58,044 nt of DNA from Ignavibacteriales bacterium (GCA_016207415.1 JACQPT010000211.1:1-58044); one strand, 5' to 3'; counted from the first letter of the stretch, positions 1 through 8,814 are shown. The notes: generated by a model from the sequence alone, not told the origin. Translations and numbers: made by a program.

Positions 1-576
1 GAGCGGCTCTGGAAAACCCGTGAGTGTCTCTAGATCACGAAGAAATCCTGCTGCCGACTCCGGCACATTGTGGCTTCCAAGCAACTTCCAGAATTTCTCT
101 GGCTCTGTGACCGTATCTCGACTCTCCGTAACCATTTCTCCGAGTGTAAAAGGGTGGAGATGATAGCGATGATACCGTCCAGCCAGAGAATCTCCGCCTT
201 TCTGGTAGATGTCCAGCCGGCCACTGCCCGTAACGATGACTTCAACCTTGTTTTTTTGTCCGTCGTACAGGCCTTTGAGGAATCTTTTCCACCGGGGAAA
301 CTTGTGGATTTCATCCAGAACGATCGGCCATCTGTCCGGGGATACATGTTCAGAGGTTCTTAGCCAAAAGTCCTCAGGATTTCGTATGATCGCTTTACGA
401 TGGCTCTCGATATCCCAATTGAAATACAGGTCTTCAGCTTTTAAGTTTTTCAGGAGATGTTTCGCCATTGTTGTCTTGCCGACCTGTCTGGGGCCTGCGA
501 CAAAAGCCATTTTTGACTCTTCGGCGAGAAATCGCAAAATCTCGGCCGTCAAATACCGTACACCCTTTGTTTCCAT
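1..576 (-). CDS. AAA+ ATPase, AAA_14/DUF4143-type; 3' end lies outside the window
   Basis: Open frame runs off the left edge, so it is absent from the ORF track. My translation from the ATG at 576: METKGVRYLTAEILRFLAEESKMAFVAGPRQVGKTTMAKHLL...IVLDEIHKFPRWKRFLKGLYD...VIVTGSGRLDIYQKGGDSLAGRYH. Walker A is GPRQVGKTT and Walker B is IVLDEIH. Confidence 0.75.
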   Translation of the reverse strand, partial: METKGVRYLTAEILRFLAEESKMAFVAGPRQVGKTTMAKHLLKNLKAEDLYFNWDIESHRKAIIRNPEDFWLRTSEHVSPDRWPIVLDEIHKFPRWKRFLKGLYDGQKNKVEVIVTGSGRLDIYQKGGDSLAGRYHRYHLHPFTLGEMVTESRDTVTEPEKFWKLLGSHNVPESAAGFLRDLETLTGFPEPL

Positions 577-761
577 ATTCCTAAAATATTGTTATGACAA
601 TTTTATATGATTATACAAAGAAGGAAGGTCAATGTCAAGGGGTATTCTTGAAGCAGATCGAAAATGGGCAGAAAGAGAGAAAAAAGAACTTTGGTCGGTC
701 GGAGAGAACCCCAAAAACTCAGGGCGAGAGAATAGGGTTTAAGCGGCTGGCCAACGGAGGG

Positions 762-860
762 TCATGCCATTTTCCGCCTTTCCTCCTTCAGCATCCCAAT
801 CCCGTCTAGAATCTTTGGCCGCTTCCTCTCAACTGCCACAAACGAAAACAGCTTGTAAGG
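762..860 (-). pseudogene. Relic of the 3' end of a yitJ/MTHFR-like gene
   Basis: Minus-strand translation ...PYKLFSFVAVERKRPKILDGIGMLKEERRKMA* parallels the real yitJ C-terminus ...PAFKKYDIVPKILKGIGMLEEERRMKS* at 2560-2640. About 79% nt identity over ~50 nt by my hand alignment. Both end on TGA at the equivalent aligned codon position. Confidence 0.4.
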
Positions 861-999
861 TTGTGAAAAGAATTTAATCGAGGTATGTGTAAGAATCTGA
901 CTTTTGCCGGTTTCTTTGGCCCGATGATGTGACGGTGGCTCGAAAAAAATCGGTATATAGAATGAAAGCAATTGATTTCATCTTGAAAGGAGAAACGCT

Positions 1000-1770
1000 A
1001 TGAAATACACAATCGCAGCTCTTTTCGCTGCCATTCTTATCGGCGGTTGCTCGAACAACACAGAGCCGCTGACAGGCCAGGGGGATATCAAGATGAATCT
1101 TGTGGACTCTCCCGGCGGTTATGATGAGGTGAACATCGTTGTCACCCGTTGGGATGTCCAGCAAGCAGGCGCCGATTCGGGCAGTGGATGGATGACCGTT
1201 TGGAGTGATTCAGCAACGTACGAATCTCCTGAAACTCATGAACGGTGCGAGTGCAGTTCTTAGGGGCAACAAGCTTTCTGTGGGCCAAAGATTCAGCTCA
1301 TCCTTGGACAAGGCAATAATGTGGTCGTGAACGGGACCACGTCTCCGCTCGTAGTTTCCAGTGGATTCCAAACTGGAGTCAAGCTCAATCACCAATTCCG
1401 AATCGAGGAAGGTACGCTCTATGAGTTGACGCTCGATTTCGATGCTGCAAGGTCTATCAGGCAGGTAGACAACCAATACTTCCTGACGCCGGTCATCCGG
1501 ATCCAAGCCAACGTGACCTCTGGGAATATTTCGGGCAATGTTCTCCCGGTTGCGGCAAACGCATCGGTGTGGACAACAGTCGGCCTGGACACTGTTAAAT
1601 CAATGCCCGACACATCAGGAGCTTTCAAGCTCGTGGCTCTGCCTGACGGTACGTATGCAGTAAGATTCTCGCCCGTGAACACAGCTTACAGGGATTCAAC
1701 CGTCAGCGGAGTAGCAGTCACGAAGCAACAGACCACAAACATGGGCACATTTACGCTAAGCACTCAGTAA
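1000..1770 (+). CDS. DUF4382 lipoprotein with CarboxypepD_reg-like C-terminus; reading frame interrupted (two compensating shifts and an apparent TAG at 1261)
   Basis: ORFs 1000-1263 and 1321-1770 share one frame. Lipobox is LIGGCS. Family-like stretches: NLVDSPGGYDEVNIVV, then out-of-frame NLLKLMNGASAVLRGNKLSVGQ (1223-1288), then KIQLILGQGNNVVVNGTTSPLVVSSGFQTGVKLNH...LTLDFDAARSI. Confidence 0.7.
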
Positions 1771-1799
1771 GAAACCATGGGCAACATGCTGAAACAACG

Positions 1800-1830
1800 G
1801 ACGCCCTCGATGAGAGGGCGTCTGTGTTTT
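1800..1830 (+). terminator. Rho-independent terminator between convergent genes
   Basis: GACGCCCTC-GATGA-GAGGGCGTC forms a 9-bp stem and is followed by TGTGTTTT. Confidence 0.7.
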
Positions 1831-1870
1831 GGATAGGCCTACTGGGAAGTCCATGTTCATATTGAGAGCA

Positions 1871-2563
1871 CTATTTGAGGAGCAGAGCCTTTCTCGTTTG
1901 AACAAGCCCGCCAACGTTAACCTGATAAAAATAAATACCTGTCGCCATCAAGGAGCCTTGATCGTCTTTCGAGTCCCAACGATGAGAATGAGTGCCGGAA
2001 GGTAAATCACCCGAGTAGAGAACACGGACCCGTTTTCCGAGGGAATTGTAGATTGCAACGGTGACATTCCCCGGAGACAGGAGCAGGTATTCGATGACCG
2101 TTGAAGGATTGAAGGGGTTCGGGTAGTTTTGAAAAAGCTGAAAGACCCCGGGGATCGATCGCGGCTCATCCCGAACGCTGGTCGGTGCCGTCACAAAGAT
2201 CCGTCCTTTCATACCAGACGCGGCATGGGGAGTGCAAACGTAGTAGTGGACGCCCACGCCCAGCTGAGCGGCTAATCCACCTCCGAAGGGAACTTGAAAT
2301 CCACCATTCGAGGTGTTGCCATTTACCTGCCACGTTGCTTCAGACACTTCCACCGCGTCGTGCGGTGAAGCAAGTGAAAAATTCACTGAGTCCCCGAACG
2401 TGATCGAGATGCTATCCGGCACAAACACCAAAGCGTTTATTGTGGCGGTGATGGTCCACGTTGTTTGACTGGTTCTTGAAACAGAAGACGGCTGTGAAAC
2501 CGAAAAAAAGGTCGCAGGAATAACGCACACGGCAGAGAGTAGCAAAGACTGCAGAATTCTCAA
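1871..2563 (-). CDS. Cupredoxin (type-1 blue copper) protein with T9SS C-terminal sorting domain
   Basis: Signal peptide present. Copper-site motif is YYVCTPHAASGMKG (C-x2-H-x4-M), with upstream His in SPHDAVEV. C-terminus is FQNYPNPFNPSTVIEY...GIYFYQV...ALLLK*. TTG start overlaps the yitJ stop. Confidence 0.8.
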   Translation of the reverse strand: MRILQSLLLSAVCVIPATFFSVSQPSSVSRTSQTTWTITATINALVFVPDSISITFGDSVNFSLASPHDAVEVSEATWQVNGNTSNGGFQVPFGGGLAAQLGVGVHYYVCTPHAASGMKGRIFVTAPTSVRDEPRSIPGVFQLFQNYPNPFNPSTVIEYLLLSPGNVTVAIYNSLGKRVRVLYSGDLPSGTHSHRWDSKDDQGSLMATGIYFYQVNVGGLVQTRKALLLK

Positions 2564-4434
2564 CTTTTCATTCTTCTTTCTTCCTCCAACATCCCGATCC
2601 CCTTCAGAATCTTCGGCACAATATCATACTTCTTGAAAGCGGGCAACAAGTAAACTCCCGCAACTTCGGATTTCGCTTCGTTCAGGAACGAAACCGCAAT
2701 TTCGATCCCAACCTCGGCCCCTTTGTCTCCTGCCGAGTGCATTTTCTTGCGAATAGTTTCAGGGATCGTCATTCCAGGTATTTCGTTGTGCAAGAATTCT
2801 GCGTGCTTGTAACTTCGCAAAGGAAGTAGCCCCAGCATCACCGGGATTTTCCAATCGCTCGTGCGCATGATCAGTTGCTCGAGCGTCTTCATGTCGTAAA
2901 CCGGCTGCGTGAAAGCGATATCGACCCCGGCATCGATTTTCTTTTCCAGTTTCTCCATCTCCGCATCCATGTTATCCGCCATCGCATTCACGGCGCAGGC
3001 AATCAAGAATGACGCTTTTTGCTCGATCGTGTTGCCCATAAGATCCTTGCCTTCGTTCATGGACTTCACAGCCCGGATCAAGCCGGGTGAATCCAGGTCA
3101 AAAACCGAAGTGGCCTGAGGATAATCTCCGATATTCGTGGGGTCGCCGGTGATGCAGAGGATGTTCCTGAGTCCCAATGCGTGCGCGCCGAGCAGCTCCG
3201 CCTGGACGCCGATCATGTTGCGATCGCGCGTAGCCATGTGTGTCATCGCTTCGATGCCCACCTGCGTTTGTATCTGGTACGAAATAGCGATTGAGCTCAT
3301 GCGGAGCCGCGCTCGCGCACCGTCCGTGATATTGATGGCGTCGATGCCGTATTGCTGAAGATAGCGTGCGCCTTCAATGAGCGATGAGATATCAAGGCCG
3401 CGTGGAATATCGAGTTCCACAGTTGTCAAGAATTTTTTGCCGATATTCCGCGCAAACCTCGAGCGGCTGTCGGGCTCGACCAGTGTCTCAACGACGACCT
3501 TCTCACCCCTGCCTTTATTCTTTTTCGGAGCAGACGTATCCTTTGTTTTGATGCCAGGCCCTCGCTGTTTCAGCTCCTCCATGACGTTTTTGATCGCGCG
3601 AATATGCGCAGGAGTTGACCCGCAACAGGCCCCAACCAAGGTTACGCCCGCCTGAAGCAGCTCTTTCGCGTATTGGGCGAGGTATTCCGGGGTTGTGTGG
3701 TAAATGGATCTGCCATTCAGGAGGGTTGGAATTCCCGCCGCAGGCTGTGCCGATAAAACAATGCCGTCTTTGTACATCGACCGGATGATGCTGAACATCC
3801 GCTGGGGGCCAACAGTACAGTTGGCACCAACGACATCGACGCCGCGGCTCATGATATGTTCGACGACTTCAACGGGAAACGTCCCGGACAGAATAGCACC
3901 GTCCTCAGGAAACGCTTTTTGCGCAACGATCGGAATGTTCGTGAGATCCTTTGCCGCCGTAATTGCCTCATCGAGTTCCGTGAGGCTCACGAAGGTTTCC
4001 AGGATCAGAAGGTCCACGCCTGCTTTCAGGAGAACTTCAATCTGCTCTTTGAAGGCATCCCTGGCTTGCTTTAGCTCCAGTTTCCCGATCGGTTCAAGCA
4101 GTTTTCCCGTCGGGCCGACAGAGCCGGCAACGTAAACGGAATCTCCCGCCGCACGTCTCGCAATCTCGACGCCGGCTTTGTTGATCTCAACAATCTTGTC
4201 ATCGTTATGGAACTGCGAGAGTCGCCAACGGTTCCCGGAGAAGGTATTCGTCTGAATAATCTCAGCGCCGGCTTCGATGTACTCGCGATGGATGCGCTCG
4301 ACGATATCGGGATTCTTGATATTCTGGATCTCGTGGGGAAGCTCGTTATACTCGTACAAGTCAAGCAGCGTGCCCATAGCGCCGTCGCAGAGGATCGGGC
4401 CTTGCTTGAGACGTTGTCGAAAATCGAGTTTCAA
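2560..4434 (-). CDS. yitJ: Bifunctional homocysteine S-methyltransferase / 5,10-methylenetetrahydrofolate reductase
   Basis: 624 aa. N-terminal half has S-methyltransferase motifs (GPILCDGAMGTLL, GANCTVGP, CCGSTPAHI). C-terminal half is MTHFR-like (TVELDIPRG...INITDGARA...CITGDP). TTG start. Confidence 0.85.
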   Translation of the reverse strand: MKLDFRQRLKQGPILCDGAMGTLLDLYEYNELPHEIQNIKNPDIVERIHREYIEAGAEIIQTNTFSGNRWRLSQFHNDDKIVEINKAGVEIARRAAGDSVYVAGSVGPTGKLLEPIGKLELKQARDAFKEQIEVLLKAGVDLLILETFVSLTELDEAITAAKDLTNIPIVAQKAFPEDGAILSGTFPVEVVEHIMSRGVDVVGANCTVGPQRMFSIIRSMYKDGIVLSAQPAAGIPTLLNGRSIYHTTPEYLAQYAKELLQAGVTLVGACCGSTPAHIRAIKNVMEELKQRGPGIKTKDTSAPKKNKGRGEKVVVETLVEPDSRSRFARNIGKKFLTTVELDIPRGLDISSLIEGARYLQQYGIDAINITDGARARLRMSSIAISYQIQTQVGIEAMTHMATRDRNMIGVQAELLGAHALGLRNILCITGDPTNIGDYPQATSVFDLDSPGLIRAVKSMNEGKDLMGNTIEQKASFLIACAVNAMADNMDAEMEKLEKKIDAGVDIAFTQPVYDMKTLEQLIMRTSDWKIPVMLGLLPLRSYKHAEFLHNEIPGMTIPETIRKKMHSAGDKGAEVGIEIAVSFLNEAKSEVAGVYLLPAFKKYDIVPKILKGIGMLEEERRMKS

Positions 4435-4472
4435 ATCCTATGCCTCACTAATCCAATGATCCATTACTCCAA
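4433..4472 (-). repeat. 8-nt-periodic TGGA array, copy a
   Basis: Minus strand reads TTGGAGTA ATGGATCA TTGGATTA GTGAGGCA TAGGATTT. It runs into the TTG start of yitJ. Confidence 0.6.
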
Positions 4473-4488
4473 AACTCACACTCAAGCC

Positions 4489-5352
4489 TTACTCAGCAAT
4501 TAATTCGCGCATTTTTCTCGTTACCTCTTCCGGTTTCCACTCGTTACTGATGATTGTCTCCACGAGATTCCCGTCGTTGTCAAGAATGGCCGTTCGGAGG
4601 TTGTGGTTGAAAATGCCTCCCTGCTCACTTTGGATGACCATGTCGAACCCGTCGGTAATTCGTTCAATCGTTGCCTCACTGCCCGTCAGGAAATCCCAAA
4701 CTGAAAAATCCGCCCCATAATTCTTCCCGTATTTCTTCAGGACCTCGGGCGAATCAAACTTCGTGTCGAAACTGACACTGAACAAATGCCACTTTCCGTT
4801 CAGCGAAACATCTTTCTTAAGTTCGCGTTGAATCCTCGCAAAATAGTCACTCATCCGGATGCAGAAATCAGGCAGCGGGCAGCGTGTGTAAATAAATGTC
4901 ATCGCCAAGACTTTGGGTTTGAATTGCGCAAAACGGATTCTCTTGTTGTCCTGATTGCGAAACTCAAGGTCAGGCAGCGGCGATCCCTTTTGGAACAGGT
5001 GCGCGATGCGAATGTCTTCGGCCAGCATTTCTTTTTTCGGCTCTCCTCGTCCGACGACAAAGAGTGTCTCGAGCCAGCTCTCAGAACGGGAAACAGCCAG
5101 TGTTCCCTGGACGGAATCTCCCACGGCGACATGCGCAAGCAATGTTGAATCCTTTACCTTAAACGGCATCGTCATCGCCATCATGTAATCGGGGATTTCT
5201 TCATGGGAGATTGTTACCTTTTTCGACTTCTGATCAATCGCAACAACCTCACCCCTGACCCTGAACGTCACGAGGTCGACTTCTTTATTCTTCCTCTCAC
5301 ATGCAGAAAGGAAAAAAACGGAGACCAAAAACAACGAAAAGCTCAACCTCAT
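4489..5352 (-). CDS. SCO1/SenC-family copper chaperone fused to an N-terminal CusF-like copper-binding domain; lipoprotein
   Basis: Start chosen at MRLSFSLFLVSVFFLSAC (lipobox). CusF-like part is VTISHEEIPDYMMAMTMPFKV. The SCO thioredoxin fold carries TRCPLPDFC. Confidence 0.8.
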   Translation of the reverse strand: MRLSFSLFLVSVFFLSACERKNKEVDLVTFRVRGEVVAIDQKSKKVTISHEEIPDYMMAMTMPFKVKDSTLLAHVAVGDSVQGTLAVSRSESWLETLFVVGRGEPKKEMLAEDIRIAHLFQKGSPLPDLEFRNQDNKRIRFAQFKPKVLAMTFIYTRCPLPDFCIRMSDYFARIQRELKKDVSLNGKWHLFSVSFDTKFDSPEVLKKYGKNYGADFSVWDFLTGSEATIERITDGFDMVIQSEQGGIFNHNLRTAILDNDGNLVETIISNEWKPEEVTRKMRELIAE

Positions 5353-5381
5353 TCCATTACTCCATAATTCCAACATTCCAT
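5347..5381 (-). repeat. 8-nt-periodic TGGA array, copy b
   Basis: Minus strand reads ATGGAATG TTGGAATT ATGGAGTA ATGGAATG AGG. The last unit contains the SCO ATG. Confidence 0.6.
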
Positions 5382-5389
5382 ATTGCCTT

Positions 5390-6385
5390 CTATTTGCCTA
5401 ACGCCAGCGCTTCCATGATTTGCACGGCATTGGTCGCAGCTCCTTTTCGCACGTTGTCGGCCACAATCCAAAGGTTGATGCCGCTTTTCACCGTTTCATC
5501 TTTTCGGATCCGTCCAACGAAGACCTCGTCTTTCTCAAACGCGCTGAGCGGCATGGGATAAACATTGTTTTTCGGGTCGTCCTGTACCACAATCCCCGGC
5601 GCGCTGCGGAGCACTTCCCGGACTTCTTCAGGAGAACATTTCTTTTCGAACTCGATGTTGATAGACTCGCTGTGTCCGCCGGTGACGGGAATGCGGACGC
5701 ATGTTGCCGTGACGCGGATATTCTCGCCCATGATCTTTTTCGTTTCGTTCATCATCTTGAATTCTTCCTTGGACTATCCGTCGTCGAAGAAGATATCGAC
5801 GTGCGGCAGCGAGTTAAAAGCAATCTGGTGCGGGAATTTTTTTTCCTTCGGCTGACGCCCCGCAAGCTCGTCATGCAGTTGGTCGTAGCCGCGTTTTCCG
5901 GCTCCGGTCACGGACTGGTACGTTGAGACAACAACACGTTTGACTTTGAAGGCATCATGCAGAGGTTTGAGCACGACCACCATTTGAATCGTTGAGCAGT
6001 TCGGGTTGGCGATGATGCCGCTGTGTTTGAAAATCTGCTTGCGGTTCACTTCGGGGACGACGAGAGGGACTTTTTCGTCCTGCCGGAAACTGCTGCTGTT
6101 GTCAATGACGATAGCCCCGTATTTCACTGCCGCGACGGGCGCGTAGGTAGAACTCACCGTGGCTCCTGCAGCAAAGAGCGCGTATTCGATGTGCTTAAAT
6201 CGATCGGGCTCGAGCTTATGGACGGGATGGGGCTTGCCGTTAAAGGCAATTTCGTGACCCACTGACCGTTCGGAAGCCAGCAGCACGAGCCGGTTGACGG
6301 GGAATTTCCGTTCCTCCATCACTGTCACCATCGCGCGACCGACCAGGCCGGTCGCTCCGACCACGGCAACATCATGCAGTTTCAT
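5390..6385 (-). CDS. asd: Aspartate-semialdehyde dehydrogenase, interrupted by an in-frame TAG at 5774-5776
   Basis: ORFs 5774-6385 (VGATGLVGR...NPNCSTIQ) and 5390-5755 (MMNETKKIMG...ATCVRIPV) lie in one frame. The junction reads DIFFDDG-TAG-SKEEFKMMNETKKIM, where the family has DNG-Y-T/S-KEE. Confidence 0.85.
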
Positions 6386-6402
6386 AAAAGCTCCTTCTCA
6401 TT

Positions 6403-6469
6403 GACCTTCCGAATTACCCGTTACAAGGGACGTGGCGCCACGTTGCTTGTTTTAAGACTTCGGAAGGTT
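6403..6469. other. Nested inverted repeats in the lysA-asd intercistronic spacer
   Basis: Outer 10-bp stem ACCTTCCGAA (6404-6413) pairs with TTCGGAAGGT (6459-6468). It encloses the perfect 14-nt palindrome ACGTGGCGCCACGT (6430-6443). Confidence 0.55.
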
Positions 6470-6483
6470 AACTGGTACATTGT

Positions 6484-7752
6484 TCACACCAAATCTTCAA
6501 ACGTCTCACGCTGTCGGATCACGCGCACACGTTCGCCGTTCACGAGAATCTCTGCCGGCCGGGGACGCGCATTGTAGTGCGAGGTGTTGACAAACCCATA
6601 AGCGCCGGCCGTTAGGACTGCAAGACCATCGTTCGGCTTGACCTTCGTGAGCGATCGGTCACGTGCAAGAAAATCTCCTGTTTCGCAAATCGGGCCGACC
6701 ACATCCACCTTCTCGCTTTCGTAGGTTTCGATTTTTAGCGGGACAATCTGGTGATGTGCATTGTACAGACTCGGGCGCAGTAGATCAGTCATGCCGGCAT
6801 CCGTTACGACGAATTTCTTGCTGCCGTTCTCTTTCGTGTAGAGCACTTTCGTGACAAGAATTCCTGCGTCCGCAACAATCGAACGGCCAGGTTCCAGCCA
6901 GACAGAACAGCCTGTTTGTTGGAGGATGGGTAAGAACGATCCGACAAATTCCGCAGGTGAGGGGGTAGGCGTGCTGCCATGATCCTCGACGGGAATCGCT
7001 TCATGTCTGACGGCATTGCTGTACTGAACGCCGAAACCGCCTCCAAAGTCAATGTGCGAGATTCGAACGCCGGTTTCGCGCAACTTCTCCAAAAACTGCA
7101 CCACAAATCTCGCAGTCTCAATGAACGGCTCTGTTTTGGTGATCTGCGAGCCGATGTGGGTGTGGAGGCCGATGACTTCGAGCGCCGGAAGGGAAAGGGC
7201 ATAACGGAAAGCGTCGATCGCCTTGGCTGAATCGATGCCAAACTTGTTGGAGTGAAGGCCTGTCGTGATGTACGGATGGCTCTGAGGGTCAATGTCCGGG
7301 TTGATGCGGAGAGAAACACGGGCGGTCGTGTTGAGACGCAACGCCACGCGTGAAATAAGTTGGAGCTCCTGATGGGATTCAGCATTCAGGGAAAAGACTC
7401 TTTGCGTCAGCGCGTATTCAATCTCGTCCTCGCGTTTTCCTACTCCGGCGAAGGCAATCTTCTCGGGAGTGAATCCCGCTTTCAATGCAAGAAACAATTC
7501 CCCCGCGGAAACGACATCGGCCCCGGCGCCCTCCTCGGCCAGAAGTTTCAAGATGTGGAGGTTGGAATTGGCTTTGAGTGCGTAGCAGACGGCGTGGTCC
7601 ATGGCACCGAAAGCAGAATCAATGGATTTGTAGTTCTCGATGACCTGGTTCCGGCTGTACACATACAGCGGTGTGCCGTATTCCTCGACAAGTTCGGGCA
7701 GTGGAACATCCTCGCACAACAACTCGTTCTCTTTGAACTGAAAGTAGCGCAC
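6484..7752 (-). CDS. lysA: Diaminopimelate decarboxylase
   Basis: 422 aa, fold-III PLP decarboxylase layout (YALKAN, HIGSQ, GGGFG, EPGRSIV, CETGD). Confidence 0.9.
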   Translation of the reverse strand: MRYFQFKENELLCEDVPLPELVEEYGTPLYVYSRNQVIENYKSIDSAFGAMDHAVCYALKANSNLHILKLLAEEGAGADVVSAGELFLALKAGFTPEKIAFAGVGKREDEIEYALTQRVFSLNAESHQELQLISRVALRLNTTARVSLRINPDIDPQSHPYITTGLHSNKFGIDSAKAIDAFRYALSLPALEVIGLHTHIGSQITKTEPFIETARFVVQFLEKLRETGVRISHIDFGGGFGVQYSNAVRHEAIPVEDHGSTPTPSPAEFVGSFLPILQQTGCSVWLEPGRSIVADAGILVTKVLYTKENGSKKFVVTDAGMTDLLRPSLYNAHHQIVPLKIETYESEKVDVVGPICETGDFLARDRSLTKVKPNDGLAVLTAGAYGFVNTSHYNARPRPAEILVNGERVRVIRQRETFEDLV

Positions 7753-7755
7753 CGT

Positions 7756-8814
7756 CTAATCGCTCAGGGTTGAAAAATATTCTACCAGCGCATCAGCCAA
7801 CTTTGCTCCGCCGAATCGAAAGGTGTCGACCGCGGGAAGTGCCGTCTCGCGCTCAATTTTTTCCGACGATTCCGTCGATTCCTTGTCGGTAAGCCCGACG
7901 GAGCTCAGGCCAATACCGACGACTTTTGTCGGGCGAAAGAACTGCACCGTTTCCTCATGCAGTTTGATGACCTTGTTAAGGTCTGGAAGAGGGAGCCCGT
8001 AATCGTCTTTCAAACGAGTCGGCTGGTGACAGAGTATCATTGCATCGGGCATTGTTCCGTGGATTAATCCCAACGTCACGCCGGAATAACCCATGTGCGT
8101 CAACGCCCCTTGTCCTTCGACGAAAATGTAATCATATCCCTCAGCAACGGAGCGGTCAACCTCCAGCTCAATGCATCCCGCGGTGTAATCGCTGATAATG
8201 GAATCTACGGCAATGCCGCGGCCTCGAATGAGCATTCCCGTCTGGCCTGTGCCGATGAAATCCGCCTTGAGGCCCCGTTGGACAAATTCCCTGTGAACTT
8301 GAAGAATGGTCGTCATTTTGCCGATGTTGCAGTCTGTGCCGACCGTGAGAATCACTTTCGCTTTTCTCTGTCGCCACGTCCCCTTGGAAACGACTTCAGA
8401 TTCCGGAGGTATTTTTCGATAGTCTGTCAGAGTGACGCCACGCTGTTTTGCGAGCGAAGAGAATTCTGGGTCGTCCGAAAGGATTGTATGGAGGCCGCTG
8501 AGAATATGCAGTTGATTCTCCAACGCGTTCTTGATCAATGCCCGCCATGCATCGGGAAGTCGTCCGCCGGTCGGGGCAATGCCAATAAGCAAATGAGTCG
8601 GTTGATAACGAAGTCCATCTTCGAGGCTTTTGACAACCGGTATTTCCCTGCCATAGCCAAGCACCTGCTGAGCTGTCATTCCTGCTTTCGAGCTGTCGAT
8701 AACTGCGACAACTTGCTCCCGCAGGTAAACGATAGCGCCATTGGCAGTTTTCGACTTGAGCGGGCTGAACCTCCCCTCAGCAAGGACAAGTAGTTTTCGA
8801 ACGTCGGGGTTCAT
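7756..8814 (-). CDS. DUF1611 domain protein (DgcN-like)
   Basis: 352 aa. VGTDCNIGKMTT P-loop-like segment plus the overall DUF1611 pattern. Overlaps the upstream gene by 4 nt. Confidence 0.7.
   Translation of the reverse strand: MNPDVRKLLVLAEGRFSPLKSKTANGAIVYLREQVVAVIDSSKAGMTAQQVLGYGREIPVVKSLEDGLRYQPTHLLIGIAPTGGRLPDAWRALIKNALENQLHILSGLHTILSDDPEFSSLAKQRGVTLTDYRKIPPESEVVSKGTWRQRKAKVILTVGTDCNIGKMTTILQVHREFVQRGLKADFIGTGQTGMLIRGRGIAVDSIISDYTAGCIELEVDRSVAEGYDYIFVEGQGALTHMGYSGVTLGLIHGTMPDAMILCHQPTRLKDDYGLPLPDLNKVIKLHEETVQFFRPTKVVGIGLSSVGLTDKESTESSEKIERETALPAVDTFRFGGAKLADALVEYFSTLSD

Noticed and set aside
594-971. Tracked ORFs in the 424-nt gap after the AAA ATPase gene (594-809 plus strand, 762-971 and 874-1164 minus strand).
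   Set aside because: They have no motifs and overlap one another. The only recognisable content is the ~100-nt yitJ-tail relic, which is reported as a pseudogene fragment.
4435-4488. A SAM riboswitch upstream of yitJ, or a lysine riboswitch upstream of lysA/asd.
   Set aside because: The spacers are too short: 54 nt before yitJ, 3 nt before lysA and 98 nt before asd. I see no S-box or L-box core sequences. The 98-nt spacer is reported separately as an unclassified structure.
5774-5776. Genome-wide reassignment of TAG, suggested by in-frame TAGs in asd and at 1261.
   Set aside because: TAG terminates the cupredoxin gene exactly at the canonical end of the T9SS tail (...ALLLK*) and terminates the corrected GIY-YIG and NPCBM frames. 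The TAG at 1261 lies in a frameshifted segment.
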